Source: Seison nebaliae
Lineage: Eukaryota
Direction of reading: 5' to 3'
NCBI GenBank assembly: GCA_023231475.1
Contig: JALJEE010001598.1
Location: forward strand, 1-56,532
DNA: 56,532 bases
Below, piece after piece: positions 37,601 to 49,175 of the stretch. The first letter of the stretch is position 1; each line of letters starts with the position of its first letter. The notes beneath the pieces are model-generated. The model did no database searches. It had not been told where the DNA came from and saw only the letters and a program-made list of their open reading frames with translations. The position numbers and the translations under genes are program-made.

Positions 37601-38880
37601 TTCTGATTCGATGTCTCAGTCTCTTCCGCATTTACATTTGACGATTCTTTTAGATGTTTTATTCGATTTTCTAATACTTGAATTTTCTCTTGATGGAATT
37701 GAGAACTGCTCATCAAATTTTCGGAAAGACCTTCATTCTTTTCTAATAATTTCACGTATTTTTCTCGTTCATTTGCCAATGAATCGTTTAGGGACTTATT
37801 CTCTTTATCGAAATGTTCCATACGATTCTTATCTGAAATAGGAAATTTATTATATCGATTAAAACTGAAGGAAAAATTTACATTTGTTATCTAATTCTTC
37901 GTATTGTTCGGTAAGATGCAAATGTTGTGTGGTCAATTTCTCGATAATATGGTTCAAATCGTCTTTTAACTTCTGTTGCTTTTCCATCAATTCATCGTTC
38001 GATCTATTAGAAACGATCAAAATTAATTTTTCGATTTTCCCGACAAGATTTTAAGAGAACTTGAGAGATTCGTTTAATTTGTTTTGTAGATTTTCATTTT
38101 CAATCTTAATGGAGTCGGAATGTTTAATTGATGACAATAAACTTTCATTTTCCTCTTTCAATTCATAAATTTCTGCATTTAATTCATTATCTGTCCGTTC
38201 AACTTCTTCTTTCTTTTTCAACAGTTGTTGTAATCGGAAAATTTCCTCGTTTAATACATCAACTACTTTCGAATTAGATTCATTCAAATCTAAAGTAGTG
38301 TTAGAAGATGTGGGTGAATTATCGACCGAATCAATTCGTCTCCTTTAAAACATGAATAAAATTTCTTTAAAATAGAATGAAAGAACTTTAATTTTTTATT
38401 GAGTTCGAGTAACATCGTTATTCTTTTCTCTCTAGTTCCCATCTTTTTTTTCAAGTCTCTAATTTCAGTGTGGTTCTTCAACAATTCTTCGTCATTTTCA
38501 CTGGTTTGTTGAAGCAAATGTTTCCGAAGTCTTTCAATCTCACTTCCCATCTTCTCAATCTGTTCCTCCTTCTCATAATAATTATGTGATAATGTATTCT
38601 GTTTCTAAATGAATTTTTCATGATAATAATTTGTTCAAAACGAAAACTCTAAACTTCTTTATTTAAATTCGCGATTTCTTCATTTGCCAATCGCAATTTT
38701 TCTTTCAATTCATCGACCTTCAATCAAATTCAAACGAAATATTACTTTAATAATTTTCTAACTTCGATAGTATCAGCATCATCATCCTCATCTGTTGATG
38801 TGAGAAGAAATTAAATTAAAAAAAATTTGTCTCAACTGAAAAGAAAAACCTTTCAATGAGTCGAGAACACGATCGGACAT
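34699..38880 (-). CDS. Long coiled-coil protein, golgin-like, about 16 exons
   Basis: E/K-rich heptads joined by frame-preserving short introns; C-terminal IPCALVRTMISKFL..ITLEVVSDAAEFSDHE resembles GRAB/GRIP domains. Orthology uncertain. Confidence 0.7.
36965..37305 (-). repeat. Coding 14-residue (42-bp) tandem repeat, about 8 copies
   Basis: EKSEISIELENLKK / ENSEFSTKIEEFNM / ENCEISSHLEKMEK / EKSEMLTELEFVRN / EKCEIVSNLKKMET ... Confidence 0.75.
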
Positions 38881-40460
38881 TTGTTTAAGGGAACCGGGTA
38901 TAAAATTTGTAAACATTTTCTTTCAATGTGACCAAACAGGAACAAATAACTACTTTAATTATCAAAAAAGTAATAGAACAATATTTAAAAAAACAACTAA
39001 AGAAAAGAAACTTTTGCGCTCAAGTTATTTAGTGGATTTGATTAAAAAGAAAATTTTGTGTATGTTTCAATTGTTATCTGTCATCCTTCTCATTTGACAA
39101 CGACTTTCTTTGAGAAAAAAAGGAAAAATTATTAGATTACGTAGATTTCGGCAAACGAAAAGTGTTGAGAGAAGGAAAATTGTAAAATAATAAATTTCTT
39201 TCGAATTTTTTATTTGAAAATGAAGCTAGACGATGAGCGATGAGGATCTTCTTATTAATTGAGTAAGCGCAACTGTATTGAACTGGCATTAATAAAGGAA
39301 GAATTAATTGATTACATAATTTCCTCAATCAATACTAGTGCGAATACTCAATTAGAATAAGTGGATAAATGAATTGTGTAAAAGAAGAAAACAAAATATT
39401 TCCCTGATTCTTCTTCGAGATATTTCGATTCTTTTATTTATCTTCCAACGAATCGATTAGACAAATTGAACAGCTGTATTTATATTCCTTTATTCATGTT
39501 GATTGTGAAAAGTGCTTTTCTTCTAATTGACTTCTCTCATACATTTTTTTATCGTTCCTAACATATCAATAATCCGTGACAATTGGAACATTTCTTTCAA
39601 ATTAATGAGTCATTTCTTTCCCTAAATTTATCTAATTCCATAAAATTTCCATCATTTACTTCCCATCGTAAACGTCAATATTGATTTGCGATACATCTGC
39701 TTCAGAACTCCTCAGGATTCAGAACTATCAAATTACAGTTATCTAATAGTGAACGAGAATCAGAGAAAGTAATTGACGACCACGCTAAACAATTTAAATA
39801 AGGAAATATTTTCAAACTTAATATTTATTATCAAACGCCTCCGTATCAATTGTCTCTATCACAAATAATTTACTTTCCAATAATTATTTCTCATTCATTC
39901 CCCCAAACTCATGTTTTCTACAAAGCAATTAATCGCAAATAATTGTTAAACTTATTATGGAATAGAATGCCATTGATTCATTTCTTTAGTTAAACTTAAC
40001 GAAAAGTTGTGATAAATTCAATATTTATTTATAAATCGACTCGGAGATGAACATGCGTTTGAACCCCTAACAGTCTCCCCAATGAACCAAATGACACATG
40101 AGAATCCTAAACTAAAATGAGGTGGCAAACGGAAACTATTTATCTTAAAAATTAGAAATAATATTATGGAAATAAATATTGCTTTTCTTTTCGAGATAAT
40201 CTTGAAAAAATTGAATTAATAACTTGCGAGTTTTTAATACATTTCTCTCCCCAATATCATGACAATAATGACACATATCAATCGTTAAGGTCAATTGTTT
40301 TACAGTTATTTTTTAATAATGAAACTAGTTGTAATGAACGAATTGGGAAATTTTGAATATTTTTCGAAAAGTTCATGGTCGAATGAATGGAATATAAGAA
40401 ATGATAATCAAAAATAATTGAAAATCATATATATAAATTTCCATTTTACCGTTTTCATTC

Positions 40461-40646
40461 GAATCTAGGAGCGGTACTCACTTTATAAAGGAACTCACCC
40501 TCTGGTGAAAGGAACTCACCCATTTCCTCTCCGAAATTGAAAAAAATGGGTGAGTTCCGCTCCGAAATATAAAAAATAGGGTGAGTTCCGCTCCGAAAAT
40601 AGAGAAAAGGGTGAACTGAAACGAGGGTGAGTTCCGCTCGTAACTC
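40461..40646. mobile_element. Mutator-like MITE with 9-bp target-site duplication
   Basis: TTTTCATTC flanks both ends (40452-40460 and 40647-40655); TIR GAGCGG(T/A)ACTCAC; internal GGGTGAGTTCC repeats in both orientations. Confidence 0.85.
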
Positions 40647-40809
40647 TTTTCATTCAATATTTCTTGAAGAAATTCTTAGTTGTTTAAATTTTTCATTTTA
40701 AAAAGAAAATTAAAAGAGAATTGTTTCAATTGATATTAGTTCATTTTGCGCGTCAAATTCGAAAATAAATCAGTCTTATCTTGTTAGTTAAAATTATTTG
40801 AATTGAATT

Positions 40810-41460
40810 AGATATTGGAAATTCAGATGATATTTGGATTCTTGACACATCCATTTACCAGAGACTCACACCACTGCCACCGATGTATAACTGTGAAAGA
40901 TAAGTCGACCAATGCTGTATCAGAACATTAAATCGGAAAAATAATAAACAAAAATCAAACTTCTTAAACTTCCCCAACGTTTCTGGTAAATATGCCTGAT
41001 TCAGACTTTCTTCTCTTTTTTTGTCAATAATATGTTTAATATAATATTCATACTATCATCTAACTTGTGTCTCCAGTTACCTTCATCGACTCTTTAAATT
41101 ACAATAATTAATTATTATGTTGTAAAGTTAAAAAACAAACTTCTCACCTTCCTTACCGACACCTACTCACGTCCTATGAGTTCCAATCCGACATTTTTGA
41201 TTGACCGAGATGGAACTTTAAATTTCGGTAAGATTTAAGATATGGATGGAAAAATATGAAGCAAACTTCTCGTCTTCCATGGTCCTCACCTAGAGAACGA
41301 AAAACGTTCTATTATCTACGGTGGTGGTTATCCCCATGGGATATTATATCTGAATAATAAAATTAGAACTTATAATACAAATAAAAAATTAATAAAAAAA
41401 CCTAATACAAATACAAATGTTATATTCTGAACTTCTATTTGTCTAAATGACTTATATATA
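40810..41460 (-). other. Candidate spliced non-coding transcript or multi-exon pseudogene
   Basis: Four co-oriented GTT..AG intron-like segments of about 49-55 nt separating more GC-rich exon-like blocks; no open frame found. Confidence 0.45.
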
Positions 41461-42267
41461 GAAGAACGAAAAGCGCAAAAATTTTCGGTTCGTCCCAAAG
41501 GAAATTTTCGTTTTCGATCGAAATAATTATTTTCTATTTTTTATTTATTTTAATCTTGTCATTTTCAATTCTTCAATTTAAGTTTGACTTATTATTCTTG
41601 AACCTCAAAACGGAACGTCAAAATGGAACATTAGAACTGAACGTCAAAATTACTCTGTTGAAATGAAACTCTAGTATTCTAGTAATTAATTGTTATAAAA
41701 AAGAGGAAAAATTATAAATAATTGGTTTTCTATTAGTTTATTAGTAGATAATAATGGAATTCTTAATTATTTACTATCGATATACTGGGAAAAAACTAAA
41801 AAATCTCTCATTCAGAAATAACTCTGGAAATTGTAAATACAACACATACATGTATGCGTATACGCTCATAAAATAACAATATGATAACACTGTACAACAA
41901 AAAAAAAGTAACGCAAAAATGAAACCTGTTTCTAGATCGGAATTTTCCGTAGATTACAAATATACTAACCAATTTTTTTGGGAGGTCGCAGTTTTTTCAG
42001 GAAAACCAATTTTCTAGTTCTGTGTTATATTTTTTTGAAATCGAAAATTTTACCACTAATATTCAACCTTTTTCATTTATTTTTTATGGAGATAGTAGGA
42101 AATTGAAAATATTTTACACAATCGTTAATAAAGTATTATTTAAGTTTATAATAAGGTTGTCTATTTTTTATTTAAGGTGAAAAAATTTCAAAAAATAGGA
42201 AAATTGAGATTTTTAAAAATTTTAAATAGGTAAAATAAATTTTTCTAAACAGTGTAAGAGAATGTGG

Positions 42268-42619
42268 AAGACGCCGTTGGAAAGATTGTAAAATTCTCTT
42301 CAAGATGACCTATAACTTTGAGACATAGAAGTGCAAAATATGTCTTTTCTTGAAGATATGTCTTGTCTATGAAATATGATTTCGAATTTCCATTAAAAAA
42401 AACAGTCTAAAACTGCAACCCGTTGGCCAGAAAGACGATTTCGTTATTTTTTCGTAATCTTTCAAGTTCGTCGCGATGATGATGCTGCTGTTTTCATTGT
42501 TAAGGATTGTACCGTCATTTATCGTCAGCGTCATTCAAGACACCGTTGGAAAGATTGTTAAATTCTCTTCAAGATGACCTATAACTTTAAGACATAGAAG
42601 TGCAAAATATGTCTTTTCT
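42268..42619 (+). repeat. About 82-bp near-identical direct repeat pair
   Basis: AAGAC(G/A)CCGTTGGAAAGATTGTAAA..GTGCAAAATATGTCTTTTCT at 42268-42350 and 42537-42619. Confidence 0.9.
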
Positions 42620-42802
42620 GCATGAAAATAAAAAATGTATCTAATTTAATTTTTTCCAATTTTTAAATTTATTTTTTAAAATTGGTTATGAATGATGTCA
42701 ATCCAAGAGTTATCTGCATCCCATGCGTCAGAACTAGTAATGAACGAATCTATTAATCAATTATCTGCCGTTTTTCATCTTTCATCATCTATTCTCTGTA
42801 TT

Positions 42803-42975
42803 GTTTGAAATTGGGGAAAAAAATCACACGTCAACTTACTTAACTACGTCAACAAGGACAAATAGGAATTATCAAATACCTATATATATGAATACGAATA
42901 TGATAATTCCTATTTGTCCTTGTTCAAAAAATAAAAAGTAAGTTGACGTGTGATTTTTTTCCCCAATTTTCAAAC
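42803..42975. mobile_element. Fold-back MITE (long hairpin)
   Basis: Outer arm GTTTGAAATTGGGGAAAAAAATCACACGTCAACTTACTT and inner arm AACAAGGACAAATAGGAATTATCA each recur inverted. Confidence 0.85.
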
Positions 42976-43029
42976 TTAACGGATTTACTTAATTTTAATT
43001 TTTTTTTAATGACCACAATAATTAAAAAA

Positions 43030-43230
43030 GGGGGACGAACTGTCCAAATCCTTACCATGAGGGTGAAAAATCAACCAAATTGGTTTAAAATCCAGAAAAT
43101 TTCACTAAAAACTGTGAAACATGGTGACTAAATCACCAAAATCATATAAAATGGGTGACAAAATGACCATTTTCAAGGTGGCGAAATTACCGATTGCCAA
43201 TAAAAATATTATTGGTGACGAAATCAGATA
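43030..43230. repeat. Cluster of GGTGACNAAATNACC-like subrepeats, probable transposon subterminal array
   Basis: GGGTGAAAAATCAACC, GGTGACTAAATCACC, GGGTGACAAAATGACC, GGTGGCGAAATTACC, GGTGACGAAATCA; a related piece occurs at about 48945-48987. Confidence 0.6.
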
Positions 43231-46200
43231 GATTCCTCCCAAAAGGTCGTCTAGCCAATGATTAGTAACCATCTAGCAAATGTTGGTTTTCGTTATAGTG
43301 TAGGGCCTATACCTAATGTTATTTTCCCACGGAAATGTTCAGTGAATCGTTATAAATTATTCCATTTTTTAGAGAATGAATTATAAATTGCTATAAATGA
43401 AGTGTTAAAAATCAAGAATAGATTGATGAAGAACTGCAACTAAAATGATTTAATTCTTAAGATGTTTTGGGAATTAAATATGGAACTCTAAACATTTTTT
43501 TATTAAGAAAGTAAAATAACTTTTTATTCAATTATGAAATGATCAAGAATTTAAATAACATGCAATTATAAATGAATCTGATTAATTTGTATTATTTCTT
43601 CTCTCAATTTCCTTATCTGTCTGACGAGAGTGTTCTGAGAGTATGGAAGAAGTGAAATCGCTTAAACATTAATGAAGAGGAATATAGAAGTATGAATAAC
43701 GAACTTTCGTTTAACGATAACGAAAAGGAATCGTCACGAATGGAAATAATTGGATAAAAGTTGAAATGGAACACTTTCTTTCGACATATTGTAAATTGTG
43801 ATTCTCTCGTGTCACCTAATTCCATTAGGGAAGAAAAGTATCGAAAGCAAACTCTCTGATTTAATTTTACTGTTTTCGTCGTCAATAATCGATGGGAACT
43901 TCTCTTTTTTGATACGATGAAGCAGAAGAAACAGCACTTGTTGAAGATTTCAATCGAGACATCGAATCGAGATTTGGTTGAACAAAATTCTTTCCTTCTT
44001 CAGATATGTAAGAGAATTTTTGTTGAGGAGGAAGGAACAATTAATTGAGTTCGAATCATAGTATTATCATTTAGTGTTGAATTAGGACCAAGTAGAATTG
44101 GGATGAATAATAATAAGAAATATCTCTCATAATAGATAGCATATGATCGACAATCATAGAATCGGATAAAAGATGAAGTGTTTCTTTTTCATTATATATT
44201 CATTAATCTCTCAAGTAGTTGAATGATTCGACCTTTTTCTCCTGTTTCGTTTGATGCATCCTTTCTTTCAATAAGTTTCATTTCATCAATCGTATGGAAA
44301 AAGCAAATAGAAAAAAATCAAATGATCATAATTCTATTAAGATGATGGGGAATGGGAGTTAGCATTTGAAAGAAAATCGATCATTCAAATATTATTATGG
44401 TGATCTTAAATCTATTATCATCACCATCGTCACCGTCGTCTCATATATTATTCATCGACAAACCAATGGGATAATCTTCTACAGTGACTTGCCAAAAACT
44501 ATGTGAATGGAATGTTATTATTCCTTTTCGCCTGCAATTTCTTCTCTATCGATATGGTGGATTCTAATCGATTTATTATCATATTTTTTCCAGTTATCCT
44601 TATGATAAAGAAGACGAAGAAGAAGAAGAGGAGGAAAGTAGAATATGAATTAATTGTGATGATTCTTCTTCTTTTCTTCTCCTCAAATATTTTCCATTTT
44701 TCATATAATTCTTAAAACCACAAAACGAAAAAAAGAACTAAATTAACAGAATTTCACTCCCCCATTGTATTGGGTGGTCGTCGGGGAACGGTATTCTAAT
44801 CAATTTGAGATAATTCGTTAAAATAGAAAAATAATCTTGTTCCTATCGAATTCTTCTCCTTATCCCACTATTCTTATCCTAACTATTCTCTCGAACTCAA
44901 TTCAATCTCTATCATCCTCATCATCATGGTTCGCGAGGATAAAAGTTGTTATTTATGTTACATTGTTTCGATTGATCCTCGAAACGATTGTTTAGATTCA
45001 TAATAATTTCTTATTTCGGAATCTTTAATCAGGTTATTTGCTAGGAGATTTCAATCTTCACTCTATCCACTTAATCTCTCCACGAGAAGTTTCTCTTCAC
45101 ATTTGTTATTGTGGACATGTCGATTGTTTTACTATACTAACTTCGTTCCATGATTTCCACTGCTTTAAACTTTTCCCCTAACTTCTACCAATTTTTAACT
45201 GGCAGAAGAACTGTAGATTCTCCACGTTTATTTTCGTGGATATTGACTTTCTGTAAATTTTTGGAAACTCTCTAGAAAACACTCAAGTTTAAACGACATT
45301 CGCCCATATATAATATCGGAGAATAATAAGTATAAGTAATGAGTTGATATCAAGAAATTGTTGTCGTGTTGATGGAAGTGTATTATGTGCTCAATTAATC
45401 ATAAAGAAAACGGAGAATTGTATTGTCAAAAAATAATCATTTCCAATGTATCAATCAGAGAAATGATTCGATTAATATCAAATAGCAGATAATATTTATA
45501 GGATTGTTCTCGGGAAGATGATGTCGACGAGAGATTCTTCTCGTCGTCAATACACATGTCGATTAAGTGTTAATCAGTCATAAATGGTCTCATCGTCTTT
45601 GTGAATGGGAGATGGTTTCTTCGTCTTTGCATTCACTTGATGATTAAATGAAGATGAGAGTTGGTGAAAATAATCCTTTAAATAATCATTTATTTCATGT
45701 AATTTGTAAATGAATTAATATGAATAAATTGAAAATGATCAAGATGAGTCATCACTTATTATTATGTTAATTGAAGAAGAAATCGAAGTGTATTTTCAAG
45801 TAGATATCGATTTAAAGAATAAAATTAAGAATGCTAAGTATCGTCATCTTCTTCACTTCCATTCCTCCTCATTCCTTCCTAGTTCTGTCATTTAATTACA
45901 TTTACATCCATTCCACTTTTCGCCTTCCAGACAACAAATTCTTCAAATGATTAAAAACATCTTCATGCTCTTACGGAGAATTGTTGGGGAGAATTTCTCG
46001 GAGAATGGAGAAGTTTCTATCTATCCATCTCATTCGTGATTTCCTTTTTCACTCAATCCATTACTGTCCACCAATCCACATCAAATTATTTTGATGTTCT
46101 TCTCCGTCTCGTCCTCCTCCTCTCCCTCCAAATCAATTAACGAATTCTCAGAACTTTTTCTAATTAGTTTTCACCTTTTTCCTCTCATTTTTCTTATATT

Positions 46201-46666
46201 TACATCCATCGTCACATCGTCGATAATAAATTTCATTTTAATTAGAAAAATCGACCGACGAACATCTTCTTTTTTTATTTCGATCAAATTAGTTTTCTGT
46301 TTTCTTTCCATTCATTCCCTTCTCCTTTCGTTGACACGGACCTCAACTATTAGATTTCAAGCACTATTTACTTCCAAAGAGGCCAATCAAATAAAAGAAA
46401 CAGCCGTCAATTTTTCCTTTATAATTCTCGTGCGATAATCCTGTCGGTCGTATGAAATTACTTCTTCTGTAACATTCAATATCCGTCATGTTCAGCTGAT
46501 GTCAAATACTGATTTCATTCAATACTGTTTCTGACAATTCTTCTTACAATCTCTTATCATTAATTTCATTTCCCGCTGTTTACCATTCTTCCATTTCTTT
46601 CCAGATTCTTCTGCTATTTAATTTCTTGGAAGAAAGATTAAAAGAGAGCAGATATTCTCACATAGA

Positions 46667-48540
46667 ATGAATTCAATGATCCTCAACAGCACACCAATGT
46701 TCAATTCATCGATCGAAGAAAATGTGGCTACATCAAACCGAAGTTCTGACGACAGTTCACCATCATCCTCATTCAGTACGAATGTTTCCTCAGCCGATTC
46801 CAACAATCTGATGAAAGTTGATGGAAATAATGGAGAAAAGATGGACATGTCAGAAACGTTGATGAAATTAGCGTTCCATTATATGCAGAATGTCAAGAAA
46901 ACTTGCGATTCAAAAGAAGATCAAAATTTCATCAATAATAAACCGGATAACTTAATTAGATTTGATTGTGGCAAACGTAAAATGCCATCAATCGATCAAC
47001 ACATGATCGGAATGAAATATGAGAAAATCAGTCAGAACGACATTGAGTATAAACGAGAGACAGATATCGGTGGATTGGCGGTGAATGTCGATTGTGTTTT
47101 TCTTCCTTCCGACGAAATCGTTCAACAGAAACAGCAAATTGTCGAATTATCAAGGAAAACAGGAAGTTTCATTTTCTTCATTTCATTACTTGACAATTTT
47201 CCCATTTTTAGATTTAATCTGTTTAGTTTGTGGAGATATTTCCAGTGGAAAACATTACGGCGTTTTAGCTTGTAACGGTTGTAGTGGATTCTTTAAGAGA
47301 AGTGTCCGTCGTAGATTAACTTATCGGTTAATTGATTCAACTTCTTTCCTTACCTTCTAATTGTTATAGATGTCAAGCGAATAATGGTGAATGTTTGGTG
47401 GATAAGGCACATCGGAATCAATGTCAAGCATGTCGTCTAAAGAAATGTATCCAGATGGGAATGAATAAAGAAGGTTCATCATCGTATTTTTAATATAATT
47501 GAAATTCTGAGTTTAGCCGTACAGAACGAACGGCAACCAAGAACCACAACAATTACCGGTTCGAACGGTTTATCTGCTTATCAGAAAGGATCATATTACA
47601 TGAAAGCGAAAGGAAAAATTGATCATTATATTGGCGATCAACAAAACATGATAGATACAAGTTCCATTAAAAATCTTTTTTCATTAAATAATTAAACATA
47701 GATCAAGATTCGTCGTTAGAAAAGATTCAAATGAATTATCGAATGTTAAACGTGTTGAATAATATCTCTGAAGGAAGATCTGCTGAAAAAGTAGTCGGGA
47801 AACAAATAGCAAGTGACTTATTGGATCGTCGTTTATGTCTCATCAAATTCGCTAGTCATTTGGGAATATCGAACCAATTTTATCAAATTATCGAGAATCC
47901 ACTAACCAGTTTCCGTTCAATCAAATCATGGGCAATGAATGTTCCCGAATTCCAATCGTTAAATACCGACAAACAAGTTTCTTATCATTTTCATGAAGTT
48001 TATTATCATTCTTTTTCTTCTTTAATTTTGAAAGAATGAATTACTAAAACAATCATGGTTAAGTATTGTCTTTATCGATATATTAACAGAGAATAAATCG
48101 AGTAATACCAACACCGTTAATGTTAATAACAATGGAACTCGACATAGTGTTGAACGATTAATCATGCCATCTGAAGACAATAGTGAAGAGAAATTTCTTT
48201 TCAATAATTTGAGCAACACTCAAATTTATAATTGTAAAAAATATTTGTTATTTAAAATAGGTTAACATTTATAAAAACTATTCAAATTCGACAAGAAATT
48301 AACATTTTTGCAAATTTTTTAGATGATATTGAATTATTTGGAATTAATATACCCTCTTCAACTTTACATACTACGATTATCGATGAATTTACAACATCGT
48401 TTCTTTATTATCAGAATAATAAACCGTTTGGAATGGAATCGATTGCTGATATGATGAGGAAAGCCTTTATGATAATGGTAGCACTTGAGAATATTTATCA
48501 AAAAACTTATAATTGGTCTCTCAATGTAATCGATGAATAA
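46667..48540 (+). CDS. NR2E3: Nuclear receptor NR2E3/PNR (Hr51-like), 7 exons
   Basis: [69 protein letters not shown]. Introns 47166-47211, 47327-47369, 47474-47516, 47661-47701, 47977-48034 and 48261-48322. Confidence 0.9.
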
Positions 48541-49175
48541 ACAATAAATTATCTAATTATATTCTCCCATTAAACATTTCATCTCAATTCTATCAATTTT
48601 AGATTCTTATTATTAAATTTATTCGCCATCTACCTTCTTTTCATTTTTTCAGTCTTCAGAAATTTACCACTATGAACAATTTGTTAAGAACATTAATAGA
48701 ATTGTTAGGTAATTACGAAGTGGAAGAATATATTATAAGACAAAATGGAAACATCATGATGTGAAATAATAAATAAAATAACATCATCACATTTCAAGTT
48801 TTGATACACTATGTGAAACCCTGAATATTTTTGGTTTAAAAACTTTCGAATACAGTATACGTAATTTTCTTTAGTCAAAAAATATGAAATTAAATTATAT
48901 CAGTGATCAATTGAAGTTTTTTACTTTAAAATTATTTTACCTTATCACCGATTGTCAATAAAAAAATTATGGTTGACTAAGTCACTGACAACCACTTCGT
49001 TATGTATAATTTATTTTGGATTTTATAAGAATAATTAGGAAACTAAGGTAACTTATAATCAGTATAAACCTATAAAAAAGTAACAAGTCTAAAAACGATA
49101 TAATGAACTACAATAAGAAAACTTAAAAAGGAGTAATTTTATTTCAATTTTTCATGGGATTATCGTTTAAATTAT

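Noticed and set aside
36735..37841. Plus-strand ORFs opposite the golgin-like gene (also opposite SCAI, UCHL5, senju-like)
   Set aside because: Antisense shadows of biased coding sequence.
39012..39019. TTTTGCGC as a recurring promoter motif (also 21948, 40744, 41473)
   Set aside because: It also occurs inside coding sequence (about 14927 and 15808); enrichment cannot be shown by eye.
40490..40640. CRISPR-like repeat-spacer array
   Set aside because: Repeats are short, occur in both orientations, and lie within a TIR/TSD-bounded MITE; no cas genes.
41920..42000. Variant U1 or SL snRNA (ATACTAACC followed by Sm-like AATTTTTTTGG)
   Set aside because: The motifs are directly adjacent with no room for U1 stem-loops; I recognised no snRNA, tRNA or rRNA in the window.
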